64,000 bases of DNA from Eledone cirrhosa (lineage: Eukaryota): positions 271,560,001 to 271,624,000 of the forward strand of contig OZ024742.1 of assembly GCA_964016885.1 (NCBI GenBank). Reading direction: 5' to 3'. The notes under the pieces were generated by a model. The model was not told where the DNA came from and made no database searches. It saw only the letters and a program-made list of their open reading frames with translations. The first letter of the stretch is position 1. Each line of letters opens with the position of its first letter. The position numbers and the translations under genes are program-made. Positions 25,200-37,956 of the stretch are shown here, one piece after another.

Positions 25200-28100
25200 G
25201 CGACCGGCGGGGAATAGCCGTGTCTCTAGGGGAGAACGACCCCTCTAGTCTTGGTTGACACTCGTTCTAGAAGTGGTAACACGAAATGATTACCCCTTGG
25301 CGGATAAGGATAAAACGCGACAAAATAAAGTAAATGTCTAATGATAAAATCTCATACCGGATCGGCCGTCACCCGGGTAAAAAAGGGCCGCGTCCCTCAG
25401 AGAGGAACCAGACTGGGGTCGAAAAATCAGCTAATGGTTCAAACCTTCCCATCACTTCGGAGCTGGAGACCTCCCATAACCGGAATACTCCTACTGTTGG
25501 CACTCCATGCTCACCACCAAGAAATCTAAAGAAAAAGAGAGAAAAATGGTCAAGGGAAGATAATAAAGAAGTCCTTGAGGCTTTCTACACTGCCATGTAC
25601 TGCCCATCAAATACATCGAATACAGAACAGACATATATCAACTGGAAAAAGAAACATCCCGAAAACAGAGGCTATATTGACAGTAGCAAACTAGCCAATA
25701 TACGAAGAAATATTGTAAGAAAAAAGTTACTAACTGATATAGAAATTGATCAGATCAAGCTATTAGCACAAAGTCAGCGAAGGGAAAATGAAACATGTGT
25801 CAGTGAAAACGAGGTAAACTGTAACACTTCGAACCCCAGGGTTGGGGCGGAATCACTGGCAACAGAACAAATTAAAGAAAGGATCGAAAAAGTGGAGGGA
25901 GTGCATGCTCAGGATGAAACTCCAAATGAAAATAATGAGATCGTAAATGATAAAGAAATGAATGAGAATGAACTTGCCAACTTGAAGGATGAAATTATGA
26001 TCGAATGGATGAAAATGAAAGAATCTTACATGGGGCAACGAGACACCCTCCCTAAGATCCAGAACTCCAAACAGAACCAACAGATAATACACAAGACTAA
26101 CATAATTCTCAAAAACATTATCATCACAAACAAACTAAACATTACTGATTTAAATCATCTCTATTATGCATCGGCTAAAGTCACCACTCACTTATGTGGA
26201 GTGAAGATGAAAGAACAAAGGAATTCCCACAAGAAATCTACTTGGCAAGAGAATATCAATCGCCAAATAAACCTTCTCCGATCTGACATAGGAATTTTAA
26301 CAAACTATGAAGTAGGTGAACATGTTAAACAAACTAAACTTAGAAAATTGAAAAAAAAGTACAGTATAAAATCAACATGTGACATAGTCATGCTGATAGA
26401 AAAAATCAAGCAAAAAGTGTCGGCCAAAGCAGCTCGTATAAGGCGCTTTGAAAAACGATCTAGATTCTATAAGGACAATAATATGTTCAAAAACAACCAA
26501 AGAAACTTCTACAGAAAAATTGGTAAGTCAACAATAACTGCTAAATCAATACCACCCAAGGAGGAAGTGCAAGAATTCTGGGAAAACATCTGGGCCGAAG
26601 AAAAAGTTCATAACATACATGCCCCATGGATAGACTGACAAATGAAAGATACAGCTCACCCTGAGGAACAAACATGGGAAAATATAACAGTTGAACAGTT
26701 GCGCTTGGCTCTAAGAAAAACCAGCAAATGGAAATCCCCAGGAAAAGACAAAATACAAAACTTTTGGATAAATGCCTTCTCTGAGTCTCATGAACTGTTA
26801 GCCCAACTTTACAATGAAATAGTAAAGGAGCCAGAAAAGATACCATCATGGCTAGTTAACGGCATTACATTCCTGCTTCCGAAGAATGATGAGACAAACA
26901 ATCCCAAAAATTACAGACCGATAACTTGCTTGACCACAATCTATAAAATTTTAACATCAGTCCTAACTGAATACACATGGACTTTGGACTAGATATATGC
27001 GCCAAAGCAACGTTCACCAGAGGAAAGCTGCTGAAGAGTTCAGACATTAATCTTGATCGGGGGAACGTGATAAGAGAACTTGATCAAGAAAAAACTTACA
27101 AATATCTAGGTGTTTGTGAAGGAGACGGAATCAAGCACTCAACAATGAGGGAAAGGATAAGAAAGGAATGTTACCGCAGAGTAAGAGCAATCTTAAGAAC
27201 GGAATTGAATGCAAGTAATAGGATCGATGCCATAAACACGCTTGCCATACCAGTAGTAACCTACAGTTACAATGTCATCAACTGGTTAAGCACAGAGATC
27301 CGTAGGCTCGATACAAAAATTCGAAAATTCTTAACCATGCACAGAATGCATCACCCTAAGGCAGATATAGATAGAATATATCACCCTAGGAAAGAAAGAG
27401 GACGTGGGTTAATCCAGTTAGACATTGCGTTGAAAACTGCAACAATTGGATTATCTACATATCTAAGGGAATCACATGATTGGATGATCAAACTCGTTTT
27501 GAAACACGAAAGCATCAAAAGATCATATTCCATTACAAAAGATGCAGAAAGATACAGTAATGGACTACAAATTTCAGAAGTCCCATTTACTGCTGAAATG
27601 GAAAACACAGAAAAAGCAAAGCAGGTAAAAGTAACTGCAAAGAAAGAACTGCTACAGAAACTGGCTAAGGAATGGCAAGAAAAGCCTCTGTATGGAAAAT
27701 ACCCAGAACGAGCTAACAATCCTGATGTTGACAAACTTTAACCCATCAGTGGTTGGCATCCTCTGGACTGAAATCGGAGACTGAAGGATTGATTATATCA
27801 GCACAAAATCAGTGTTTGCCAACAAAAAATTACCAAGCCAACATAATAAAAAATGGATGCAGCCCACTATGCCGTGTATGCAAAAAACAACCAGAGACCA
27901 TTGACCATATAATTTCAATGTGCAGTCTTATAGCTCCAACCGAATACCTAAACAGGCATGACAGAGCTGCACAAAACATACATTGGATAATGTGTAAGCA
28001 TTTTGACCTGCCCCATCAAAAGAATTGATGATAGCATCAACCACCTCCCATACTTGAAAAAGATCACATCTCAATCTGGTGGAACTTTAGCATCCAAACA

Positions 28101-28579
28101 GAACGAAAAATAGATGCAAATAGACCCCATATAATATTGAAGGACTTTAAAAAGAGGGTATGCCTGCTAATTGATATTCCGTTCCAATAGACAAGAATGT
28201 ATCTATAAAAACATTTGAAAAATTGAGCAAGTATAAGGACCTGGAGATAGAAATTGGAAAAATGTGGAAATTGAGAACTAAAACAATACCAGTGGTTGTA
28301 GGCGCTCTGGGAATGATACCTAAGGGGTCTAATGATTACTTATCGCAGATCCCAGGAAACCCGCGTATAGGAGAAATACAAAAGATAGTACTAATGGGAA
28401 CTGCCCATTTTACTAAGGAAGATTCTGTCAATATAAGTACATCACAAGTCTAAACACTAAAGATGCATGTGTGAGTATGTATGTTCTTCCTTGAACATGG
28501 CGGACCTTGTTGTCTCTTGAGGTCACTGGTTGTGACTTGGTGATAACTCGTATGAACATAAAGCAAGATAAATGCAACT

Positions 28580-28580
<1 letters not shown>
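25199..28580 (+). mobile_element. R4/Dong-clade element with both termini intact, inserted in (TAA)n; RT core deleted
   Basis: Long (aat)n on both sides. ORF 25334-26638 (KKREKWSREDN..RIRRFEKR), WKSPGKDKIQNFW, NYRPITCLTT, then jumps to MDFGLDICAK; CRVC..ETIDHIISMC, RHD, NRP, KYKDLEIEI. Confidence 0.93.
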
Positions 28581-28625
<45 letters not shown>

Positions 28626-29731
28626 GTAATTAAATATAAATAGTAAATCAAACAAAATAACTAGAACTAGAAATAGTATTTGGTACTCTCCCCCATTCTC
28701 GATAGGCATTAAAACACCTGTAGAAAACCTATTTTTCAATGCGTTAGATAAGTGTTTTCTTAAATCCCATAGATACCATTCTATTTTTAACAGACATACT
28801 ATTAAACTATCTTGCTCTGCTACGATGAACATAGGTCAAAATATAAATAGAATTAATAATAGAAACTTAAATTTAAACCCAAACCAAATAAACCAAGATA
28901 ACAATATTACTATTAATAATAACAATATTAATACTAATAATAATAGTACCGTTCATAGTAACAATAATTCTGAAAATTGTAACTGTAGAGACGAATCAAA
29001 TTGCCCTTTACAGATAATTGCCTATATAAAAACTAGGTATACAAATGCACAGTAAACACTAGAGATTAAATATATAACTATATAAGAGCCACTTCTACAA
29101 AATTTAAAGAAGGCTGGTATAATCATAAACATACCTTTAATAGATCCGATAAAAGACTTTCTACATCACTTTCACATCTAATTTGGTACTTAAAAGAAAA
29201 TAATATTGACTATTCAATCTCTTGGGCAATGATTTCGAAAGCGCCCGCATACCGAAATATGGCTCTCTCAAGAATTTGGCATTTGTGTATTAAAGAAATA
29301 TGTTATATACTTACCTGCCAAAACTCTATTAACAAAAAGAAAGAATTATTCAGTTCCTGCAGACACTGCCAAAGAATGACTTTCAGAAGTATCTTTAATC
29401 TATAGGATATATTTCACTTGTTTACATTTTATATGTCCTCACTAGGTTTTGTCGAGATGTTGTGGTGATTTTTAAATGATATTTTTTTTTTTATCTAATA
29501 TTTTTCAAACGATATTCTTTTTCATGGTTTTCAATGATATTTTGAAATATATTTTTTTTCTGATAATTTTGATAATGTTTCTAAATATACTTATGATCTC
29601 TGTAATAATATTTTTTATTCCTAAATCACTATATAGACTTTAACACATGCATTGATATAGCTAATACTATCTAAATACATATATAAAATAATTCTCATCT
29701 TTGAAAACATCTAATATAAAATAACTTATAA

Positions 29732-30328
29732 ACTATATATATAAAACTGAGGATGTCTGTCTGTGTGTGTGTGAGTTTGAATCCCTAAAACTAGAGGAGC
29801 ACGCACCCGACTGTTTTCAAACCTTACACATTTAATACGTATGTTCCAGGGAGTGTTCTGAGCAAAAACCATTTCACATTTACAATGCCCTAGGGAACGT
29901 ATTAGGCGATTTAGCGATGTCACTCTATAATTCTTAGTCTTTCTCTATTTAGATAAATACACATATATATATAATATCACGCCCTTAAAATATATGTATG
30001 TATCTCTGTATGTCTGCATTACTTCACTTCCTACAATTCGCTCTGCGTCCAAGACGCGCCCTTATAATATCTGTCTGTATGTCTGGATGTCTGCTGCCTC
30101 CGGTTATTCTGCCACCCTTGCTCAAAACAAATCTCACACTCATTCCCCAAACAATTGGTAAGTGCACACAACTTCTTCCTCACGTTTTTAAGCGACAGTA
30201 TTGCTTACTTACGTACCACCAGACCCTTACTTCTTTGCCAGCCGTAGTTGTGGCAATACTAAGCTTAGCTAAGGCGGTTATATATTTCACAATACCTTAT
30301 CCCGCGCAACGCCGGGTACTACTGCTGG
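29732..30328 (+). mobile_element. Non-autonomous Helitron in the PLE 3' UTR
   Basis: 5' (a)ctatatatataaaactgaggatgtctgtctg; 3' hairpin cccgcgcaacgccggg, then tactactgCTGG|T (CTRR). Confidence 0.7.
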
Positions 30329-31212
30329 TCATATATAAAATAATATATTAAATTTTTCTACATATATTCCGCATATATCTTAATTGTATATTTCTCTAAA
30401 AGTAATAAATTCTAGAATTAAATGACAAATGCAACATAATTATTTTAACTAAGAATCATTGGAGTTATCTTTTCCTTTATAATGTAACACGCTTAAATAT
30501 TCCTTCTACGTAACAACTAAATTTTACATAAATATTTATTTACGTTGACTTAATACATTTTTTGTGAATATTTCCTATATTTATTAGACCATCTGAATCT
30601 ACAAAATAATCTTCTCAAATAAAATGTATAACTACGTCGTTTTCTTAACTATATATTGAAAAAGTAGACACACAATTCTAGTAAGCCTTAACATATATAA
30701 AAATATTTAGATTATCTATCTCGTGATATTAACAACATATATACTCACCAAAAATATTTATATAAATACTTATATAAATAACCGGCTGTAATATAATAAA
30801 ATAAAATATACTTACAACCTTCACATATACTTATAAATATTATCTATATAATATTATAACTCATGATTTGAATAGATCCAATAATTAGTTGTATATCTCA
30901 ACTTTTAAAAAATTTAAATTGGTATTCTACCACTTCAACACATTTTTAACTCTCATATTATTTTATAGATACTACCAAAATATATGATTATATAATTAAA
31001 TGTAATTATATCGCCCTCTTTACACCATCACTGATATGATCCATACAATTTTATCTTAATAATAATAGTGTATTTCTAACTAAAATGTTTTCTCATAATC
31101 ATTCCTTAAAATTGTCTTACACCCTAATATTAATATTAGTCTCTCTTTTGCTTATTCTTCCTTTTATAAATTATCCTAATAATTATCTAAATTTACCTAG
31201 CGTCTAAATATA

Positions 31213-31312
31213 ACTGTTTCTACTTTAGGCACAAGGCCAGCAATTACCCAGTGCATTACTGGTACTTTATTTTATCGACCCTGTAAGGATGAAAGGCAAA
31301 GTCAACCTCGGC
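31213..31312 (-). mobile_element. 5'-truncated SINE at the site equivalent to 21481-21575
   Basis: SINE consensus flanked by taaatataac on both sides. Confidence 0.88.
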
Positions 31313-31468
31313 GCGATTAAATATAACGATCTGTTGTCAGTATTACGTTTGAATCTCATTGACATATTCATCTTAAAGATTTGAAATTTTTCTTTCACTA
31401 TCCAAACTGAATCTGAACCGATAAGATCGGTTTTCTTGGGTATGTCACCATTTATAAAACACATTTTG

Positions 31469-31527
31469 TATTTTATCTGATGGGAGCGTATCAAAATGTT
31501 GGTACCCTTGAAATATATAATAAAATA
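31469..31527 (+). ncRNA. Hammerhead motif, degenerate core (CTGATGG)
   Basis: tattttat-CTGATGG-gagcgtatcaaaatgttggtaccctt-GAAA-tata-TA-ataaaata; mirror of 21261-21321. Confidence 0.6.
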
Positions 31528-31824
31528 AATAAAGTTTCCATTTGAAAATTGCAAACTTGACTGTAACCAGAGAATATGAACATGAAGATTGCGAAAACAT
31601 GAAAGTACTTGTACACTTAATATTTAATATTCTAACATACTATTTCATTCTAATGCCATTATAAATTTTAAAAGACTGTGAAATCAGTAAAAAGTTGCAA
31701 TTCCTTTTACTAATATAATCTTCTATACACAATCATACACGCCCGTGTATATTTATTTATATCTAAATATCTATATATATATGTATATATATATATATAT
31801 ATATATCCATATATATATATATCC

Positions 31825-31885
<61 letters not shown>

Positions 31886-31890
<5 letters not shown>

Positions 31891-32244
31891 GTTAGAATAT
31901 GTGTAATAAGGCCAAGACAATGCAGATATGGACATAGAAAAAGAATGCAATAGTGAGAGATATTGGTGAGAATTAGTCTTTCACCTTGAATTTATTTAAA
32001 TGTCCTTAATTTTCGAGATAATATCTCTTCTTCGGAGAGAGATAATATCTCCCTCCGAAGAAGAGATATTATCTCGAAAATTAAGGACATTTAAATAAAT
32101 TCAAGGTGAAAGACTAATTCTCACCAATATCTCTCACTATTGCATTCTTTTTCTATGTCCATATCTGCATTGTCTTGGCCTTATTACACATATTCTAACG
32201 TTTATACCTCATTACACAATGCTTCAAGTGAACTATAACCTCCT

Positions 32245-32248
<4 letters not shown>
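31886..32248. repeat. About 320-bp near-perfect palindrome plus 44-bp one-sided tail between (TA)n tracts; probable PLE 3'-end fold-back
   Basis: 31886-32044 is the reverse complement of about 32046-32204. HHR-like CCGAAGA-agagatattatctc-GAAAATTA near 32055-32083. Confidence 0.8.
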
Positions 32249-32297
<49 letters not shown>

Positions 32298-32304
32298 CAT
32301 ATAT

Positions 32305-32380
<76 letters not shown>

Positions 32381-32420
32381 GATATATTAATAAATGGAAA
32401 CTATATTTATAAAATCACAT

Positions 32421-32487
32421 TTATTCCATTATACATATTTCAAGGACACCAAATTAAATTATGGTGCGCTTTCATCAAATAAAATAT
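32421..32487 (-). ncRNA. Hammerhead motif, degenerate (TTGATGA)
   Basis: Mirror of 36457-36521 with C3>U. Confidence 0.55.
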
Positions 32488-33562
32488 AATATAGATCAGT
32501 TTTATGAATAAATATTGACATACCCTTAAATAATGCGACCATTCTGTTGGAAGCTCCCGGATAGTGGGGTTATAAATTTATTTAGTCTATTATGCAAATT
32601 AGTGCCGGATATATTTAAATCACAGTAGATTGAAAATAATCCGTTGGGGTATGGAAAAAGGGAAAGAAAAGAAAGAGAAAAAAGAGAAAAAAGGGAAAAA
32701 AGGGCAAACTCTAAGATGAAAATAAGAAAACAAGAAAAAGAAAAAGTGAAAGAGAAAGAGAAGAAAAAAAGAAAAGTGAAAAAGAGAAAGAGAAAGAAAA
32801 AGAGAAAGCCCTAAGTGATAGGTTGTTGTATTAGCGTAACTTTTAAGATGAGGTGAAAAAATAAATATTTATTGGATGAGTTGGTAAAAGTAAATAAGCG
32901 TGAATAGAAAATAAATAAATAATAATAACCAGTGTTTAAATATGAATAAATGTTTAGTTTATCAATTAAAGTATCAATTAAATTTATTGAGATCTATACA
33001 TTAAAATTGACATCTATATATTATTAAAATCCATATATTATTAAAACTATATATTATTAAAAGAATATATTCATATATATACATAAGCACACATATATAT
33101 ATATACATATACATATATATATACATACACATACATATATATACATTCAATAAAGGACTTTTTATGTTTAAGATATAGAAATTTTTCTAAACTCATAGAT
33201 TTTTCGGAGAAATCGGAGAAAAAATCGGAGAAAAATCTTTTTTATGTAATAGCAAAACAACGTGAAGGAAATTAAGTTATTTACTTATATTAAATGTTAT
33301 AAATGTTAAGATAATAAAGGAAATTTACGATTAAACAAACCTTATATTATTTAATAGTAAATTATAATTTTATAAATTCTATAAATTTTATATCTAATAA
33401 ATCCACCTTTTATGCAGTTGTGACTGTTATTATATAAATTTGTTTATTATAAACCGTAAGAGAACCTTTATAACAGAGTGCATTCGAATTATATGTATAT
33501 ATACATATACACAACCCCTACACATACACACATATACACATACCGGTAGACACGCATCATAC

Positions 33563-33691
<129 letters not shown>

Positions 33692-35295
33692 AATATAAAG
33701 TACATAGTATAATTAAAGTACATAACATAAAATATTTGAAAATATTTTATGATATTATATTAAAATAAGAATATGTCTAAAAAATTCAGTATAAAAATGA
33801 ATTTAAATTTCTTTATATATATAATATAATATTTAACTCATTGTATGTTTAACTTAATTGTTTTAACCATATGAGAAATTTTCAAAGAAAAAGAAAAAGA
33901 AAAAGAAAAAGAAAAAGAAAAAGAAAAAGAAAAAGAAAAAGAAAAAGAAAAAGAAAAAGAAAAAGAAAGAGAAACTTTCAAAAGAGAAACTTTCAAAAAT
34001 AGGAGAAACTTTCAAAGAAAATATTTTCCCCTTTTAAGAGCCTTCAGTACGTTTATCTAGAAAAATCTTGTAGGAAAAAAAATTGTTTCATAATGAGAGT
34101 TTTAAGCAGTCAAATGAAGGAATCTAATGATTTATCCATAGGTTTAATATCTTTAATAGAATGAGTTATATATTACATTTTAAATTTATATTTAAACGTT
34201 GAATTTAATCTATGTTTGCAGCAACTGAAAAGATGGTTGCTTATGTTCAGGGAATTTTTGCTTTTTATTATAAAGAATATTTCCTCTATACAAAGATCAC
34301 AATTTTCTGAAGAGGAGTTAAATGGAGTAGATTTTGAAATAATATTCCAAAGTAACGAATATTTAACGTTCTTTAATTTAAGGTCCCATAATAAGCTAGA
34401 TAGAGAAGTTGAAGATTTTTTGTTTAAATGCGTAAAAGAGCATTTATGGTTATTAAAACGAGATTTAAAATCTGTGGAAGTAGATTCAACATAATTAAAT
34501 GCATTTAAATTAGTTTTAACATTACAATTATATACTATATTTTTAGCTAAGCCTATTGTTATTTAACGGACAGTTAGATTTATTTCTACAGTTACATTTA
34601 TCAAAATTTAAGTCACTAAGAGCTGTATTATTGAATTGAGCTGTATTACTAAATTGTATATTGCTGGGTTTATTAGTGGTATTTTGGTTAGGTTTTAAAT
34701 TTCTATTATTAATTCTATTAATATTCTGCGCTAAATTTTTGGTGGATGAATAAGTTAATTTTATAGTATGTCTATTAAATATTGAGTAATATCTATTCAT
34801 GCATCGATAAATCATTAGATTCCTTCATTTGGCTTCTTAAAACTCTCATTATGAAATAATATTTTTCCTAGAAAATTTTTCTAGATAAACATACTGAAGG
34901 CTCTTAAAAGGGGAAAAATATTTTCTTTCAAAGTTTCTCCTATTTTTGAAAGTTTCTCCTTTGAAAGTTTCTCTTTCTTTTTCTTTTTCTTTTTCTTTTT
35001 CTTTTTCTTTGAACATTTCTCATATGGTTATAAAAATTAAGTTAAACATACTGTGAGTTAAATATTATATTATATATATAAAACAATTTTAAATCATTTT
35101 TATACTGAATTTTTTAGACATATACTTATTTTAAAATTATATCTTAAAATATTTTTTAATATTTTTAAAAATTATATTGCTTTAAAGTTATATTGATTAA
35201 AATTGTATGAGTATATTTCCAAATCGTAATTCCTTTTAAAACTATAATTCATTTTTATTTTATATATTATGTACTTTAATTATACTATGTACTTT

Positions 35296-35466
<171 letters not shown>

Positions 35467-36456
35467 ATGCATGTCTACCGGTATGTGTATATGTGTGTAT
35501 GTGGATCTATGTAGGGGTTGTGTATATGTATATATACATACAATTCGAATGCACTCTGTTATAAAGGTTTTCTTACGGTTTATAGTAAACACACTTATAT
35601 AATAACAGTGAAAACTACATAACAGGTGGATTTATTACATATAACATTTATAACATTATATAAGTAAATAACTTAATTTCCTTCACGCTGTTTTGTTATT
35701 ACATAGAAATGATTATTCTCCGATTTTTTCTTCGATTTCTCCGAAAAATCTATAAGTTTAGAAAAATTCCTATATCATTAAATATAAAAAGTCCTTTATT
35801 GTATGTATATATATATGTATGTGTATGTATATATGTATGTAAATGTATATATATATATATGTGCGTATGTATATATATGAATATATTCTTTTAATAATAT
35901 ATAGATCTCAATTTTAATGTTTAGATCTCAATAAATTTAATTGATAATTTAATTGATAAACTAAACATTTAATCATATTTAAACACTGGTTAAAATTCTC
36001 CAGTTATTATTATTTATTTATCTTGTATTCACGCTTATTTACATTTCCTAACTCATCCAATAAATATTTATTTTTCACTTCGTCTTAAAAGTTACCCTAA
36101 TACAACAACCCATCACTTAGGGCTTTCTCTTTCTCTTTCTCTTTCGCTTTCTCTTTCTCTTTCGCTTTCTCTTTCTCTCTTTTCTTTTTTCTTCTCTTTC
36201 TCTTTTTCTTGTTTTCTTATTTTCCCCTTAGAGTTTGCTCATTTTTCGCTTTTTTCTCTTTGTTCTCTTTCTTTTCTTTCCCCTTTTCCATACCCCAACG
36301 GATTATTTTAAATCTATTGTGATTTAAACATATCCGACACTAATTTGCATAATAGACTAAATAAATTTAATAACCCCACTATCCGGGACTTCCAACAGAA
36401 ATGGTCGCATTCTTTAAGGGTATATCAATATTTATTTATAAAACTGATCTATATTA

Positions 36457-36521
36457 TATTTTATCTGATGAAAGCACACCATAATTTAACTTGGTGTCCT
36501 TGAAATATGTATAATGAAATA
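36457..36521 (+). ncRNA. Minimal type-I hammerhead ribozyme
   Basis: tattttat-CTGATGA-aagcacacc ataatttaactt ggtgtcctt-GAAA-tatgta-TA-atgaaata. Confidence 0.75.
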
Positions 36522-36651
36522 AATATCGTTTTATAAATATAGTTTCCATTTGTTAATATATCGTATTTCTACTCCAATAATTTGTTGAGTGCTTTATATC
36601 AGTTATAAATATATTTGATTGTTGTATCCCAACAATTTAAATTGAACTTCT

Positions 36652-36712
<61 letters not shown>

Positions 36713-36744
36713 GATATTTATATACACGCACATACATATACAAA

Positions 36745-36790
<46 letters not shown>

Positions 36791-36818
36791 CATTGAAACG
36801 CATACACATATATACATA

Positions 36819-36995
36819 ATTGTTTCTACTTTAGGCACAAAGCCAGCAATTACTCAGTGCATTACTGGTACTTTATTTTATCGACCCCGTAAGGATGAAA
36901 GGCAAAGTCAACCTCAGCGGGATTTGAACTCAGATCGTAAAGGGACGTAACTATTGTGGAAAACATGGCGTCCGACCCTCTACCGATACTGCCAA
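36819..36995 (-). mobile_element. Near full-length tRNA-SINE, subtype B
   Basis: A and B boxes on the minus strand; agatcgtaaagggacgtaac diagnostic. Confidence 0.9.
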
Positions 36996-37620
36996 ATAAC
37001 AAACAAATAGTCCCTCTCTGTACAGGACTGAATACAATAATGTTCTCGAGCTTTTCGAGTTTTTCGAATATTAATAACAATATTTGATTTGTTTGCAATT
37101 ATGCAAGCAGCCTCTTTAAAGCCATGTCAGTAGAATGACCACTTTATTATTGCTCTTTTATTGGTATGTAAACATAACTGCAAACACAAATGTTTCTGTG
37201 TGATTATCTTTATCAGTACATGGTACTGCTTAACTGCCAGCTGTCAGAGCTAGTGAACCTTTATGACATTTTCTAAAATATGAAATGACTGATCGGCCTG
37301 ATTTGCATTAGTGTCTGCAGTTCTGTTTACATGCCAACACAAGAGCAAAAATGAGACGCTCATTCTACTGAGGTGGCTTTAAAAAGGCTATTTGTACAAT
37401 TGCAAACGAATCTAATATTATTAATATTCGAAAGACTTAGATTATTGTATTCAGTCATGTAGAGCGATAAACGATCTGTTTGTTATTTGAATATGGCAAA
37501 GCCGGCCATTAATCGCTTGAAACTGACTGGCTTATCTGCTGATATGGCTTTAAAGAGGCTGTTTGCATAATTGCAAACGAATCGAATATTAACATTAGTA
37601 TTCGAAAAACTCAGATTACA
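36993..37620. repeat. Diverged fold-back/MITE-like element (arms about 36993-37195 and 37303-37490) plus a third partial copy at 37535-37620
   Basis: tttgcaattatgcaagcagcctctttaaagcca versus tggctttaaa(aaggct/gaggct)..aattgcaaacgaatc; gactgaatacaataat versus attattgtattcagtc. Confidence 0.7.
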
Positions 37621-37622
37621 TG

Positions 37623-37725
<103 letters not shown>

Positions 37726-37747
37726 TTATATATATATATATATATAT

Positions 37748-37909
37748 AACGAAGGAAATGTGGTAAGGAACCAGCTGGACCATAACGCACCAAAATACTC
37801 AATACTTGAGGTAGTAGAGTGGGTAATAGGAACCAGTAAGTCCCCGACAGCTGAGCTCAAGCCGTTTCGACGAAACGGCTTGAGCTCAGCTGTCGGGGTC
37901 TTACTGGTT

Positions 37910-37914
<5 letters not shown>
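37748..37914. repeat. 89-bp palindrome (37826-37914) plus one-sided tail between (TA)n tracts
   Basis: Centre tttcg-a-cgaaa at 37870; 1 mismatch between arms. Confidence 0.88.

Positions 37915-37956
<42 letters not shown>

Larger units (their letters stand above)
21122..31545 (+). mobile_element. Penelope-like element (RT + C-terminal GIY-YIG) with an inverted copy of its 3' UTR at the 5' side; hosts nested SINEs, a Dong element and a Helitron
   Basis: Decayed ORF 23300-24720 (EYLKQLIEKSDSFIRSLKWRAYHF, KILVKSDKTNNLY, GGLYRGD, KTVNFLDVTLNL) resumes at 28640-29400 (WYSPPFS, IFNRHTIKLS, CNCRDESNCPL, YIRATST.FK..WYNHK). 21230-23260 is the reverse complement of 30425-31545. Confidence 0.88.

Noticed and set aside
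26636-26638. In-frame TGA in the Dong ORF as selenocysteine or readthrough
   Set aside because: Not at a conserved Cys position, and the copy has other stops, frameshifts and a deletion; simple nonsense mutation is more likely.
21122-31545. Large DNA transposon (Polinton/Foldback) with kb-long TIRs
   Set aside because: The interior encodes PLE RT/GIY-YIG, the arms are the PLE 3' UTR, the ends are asymmetric and no transposase or integrase is seen.
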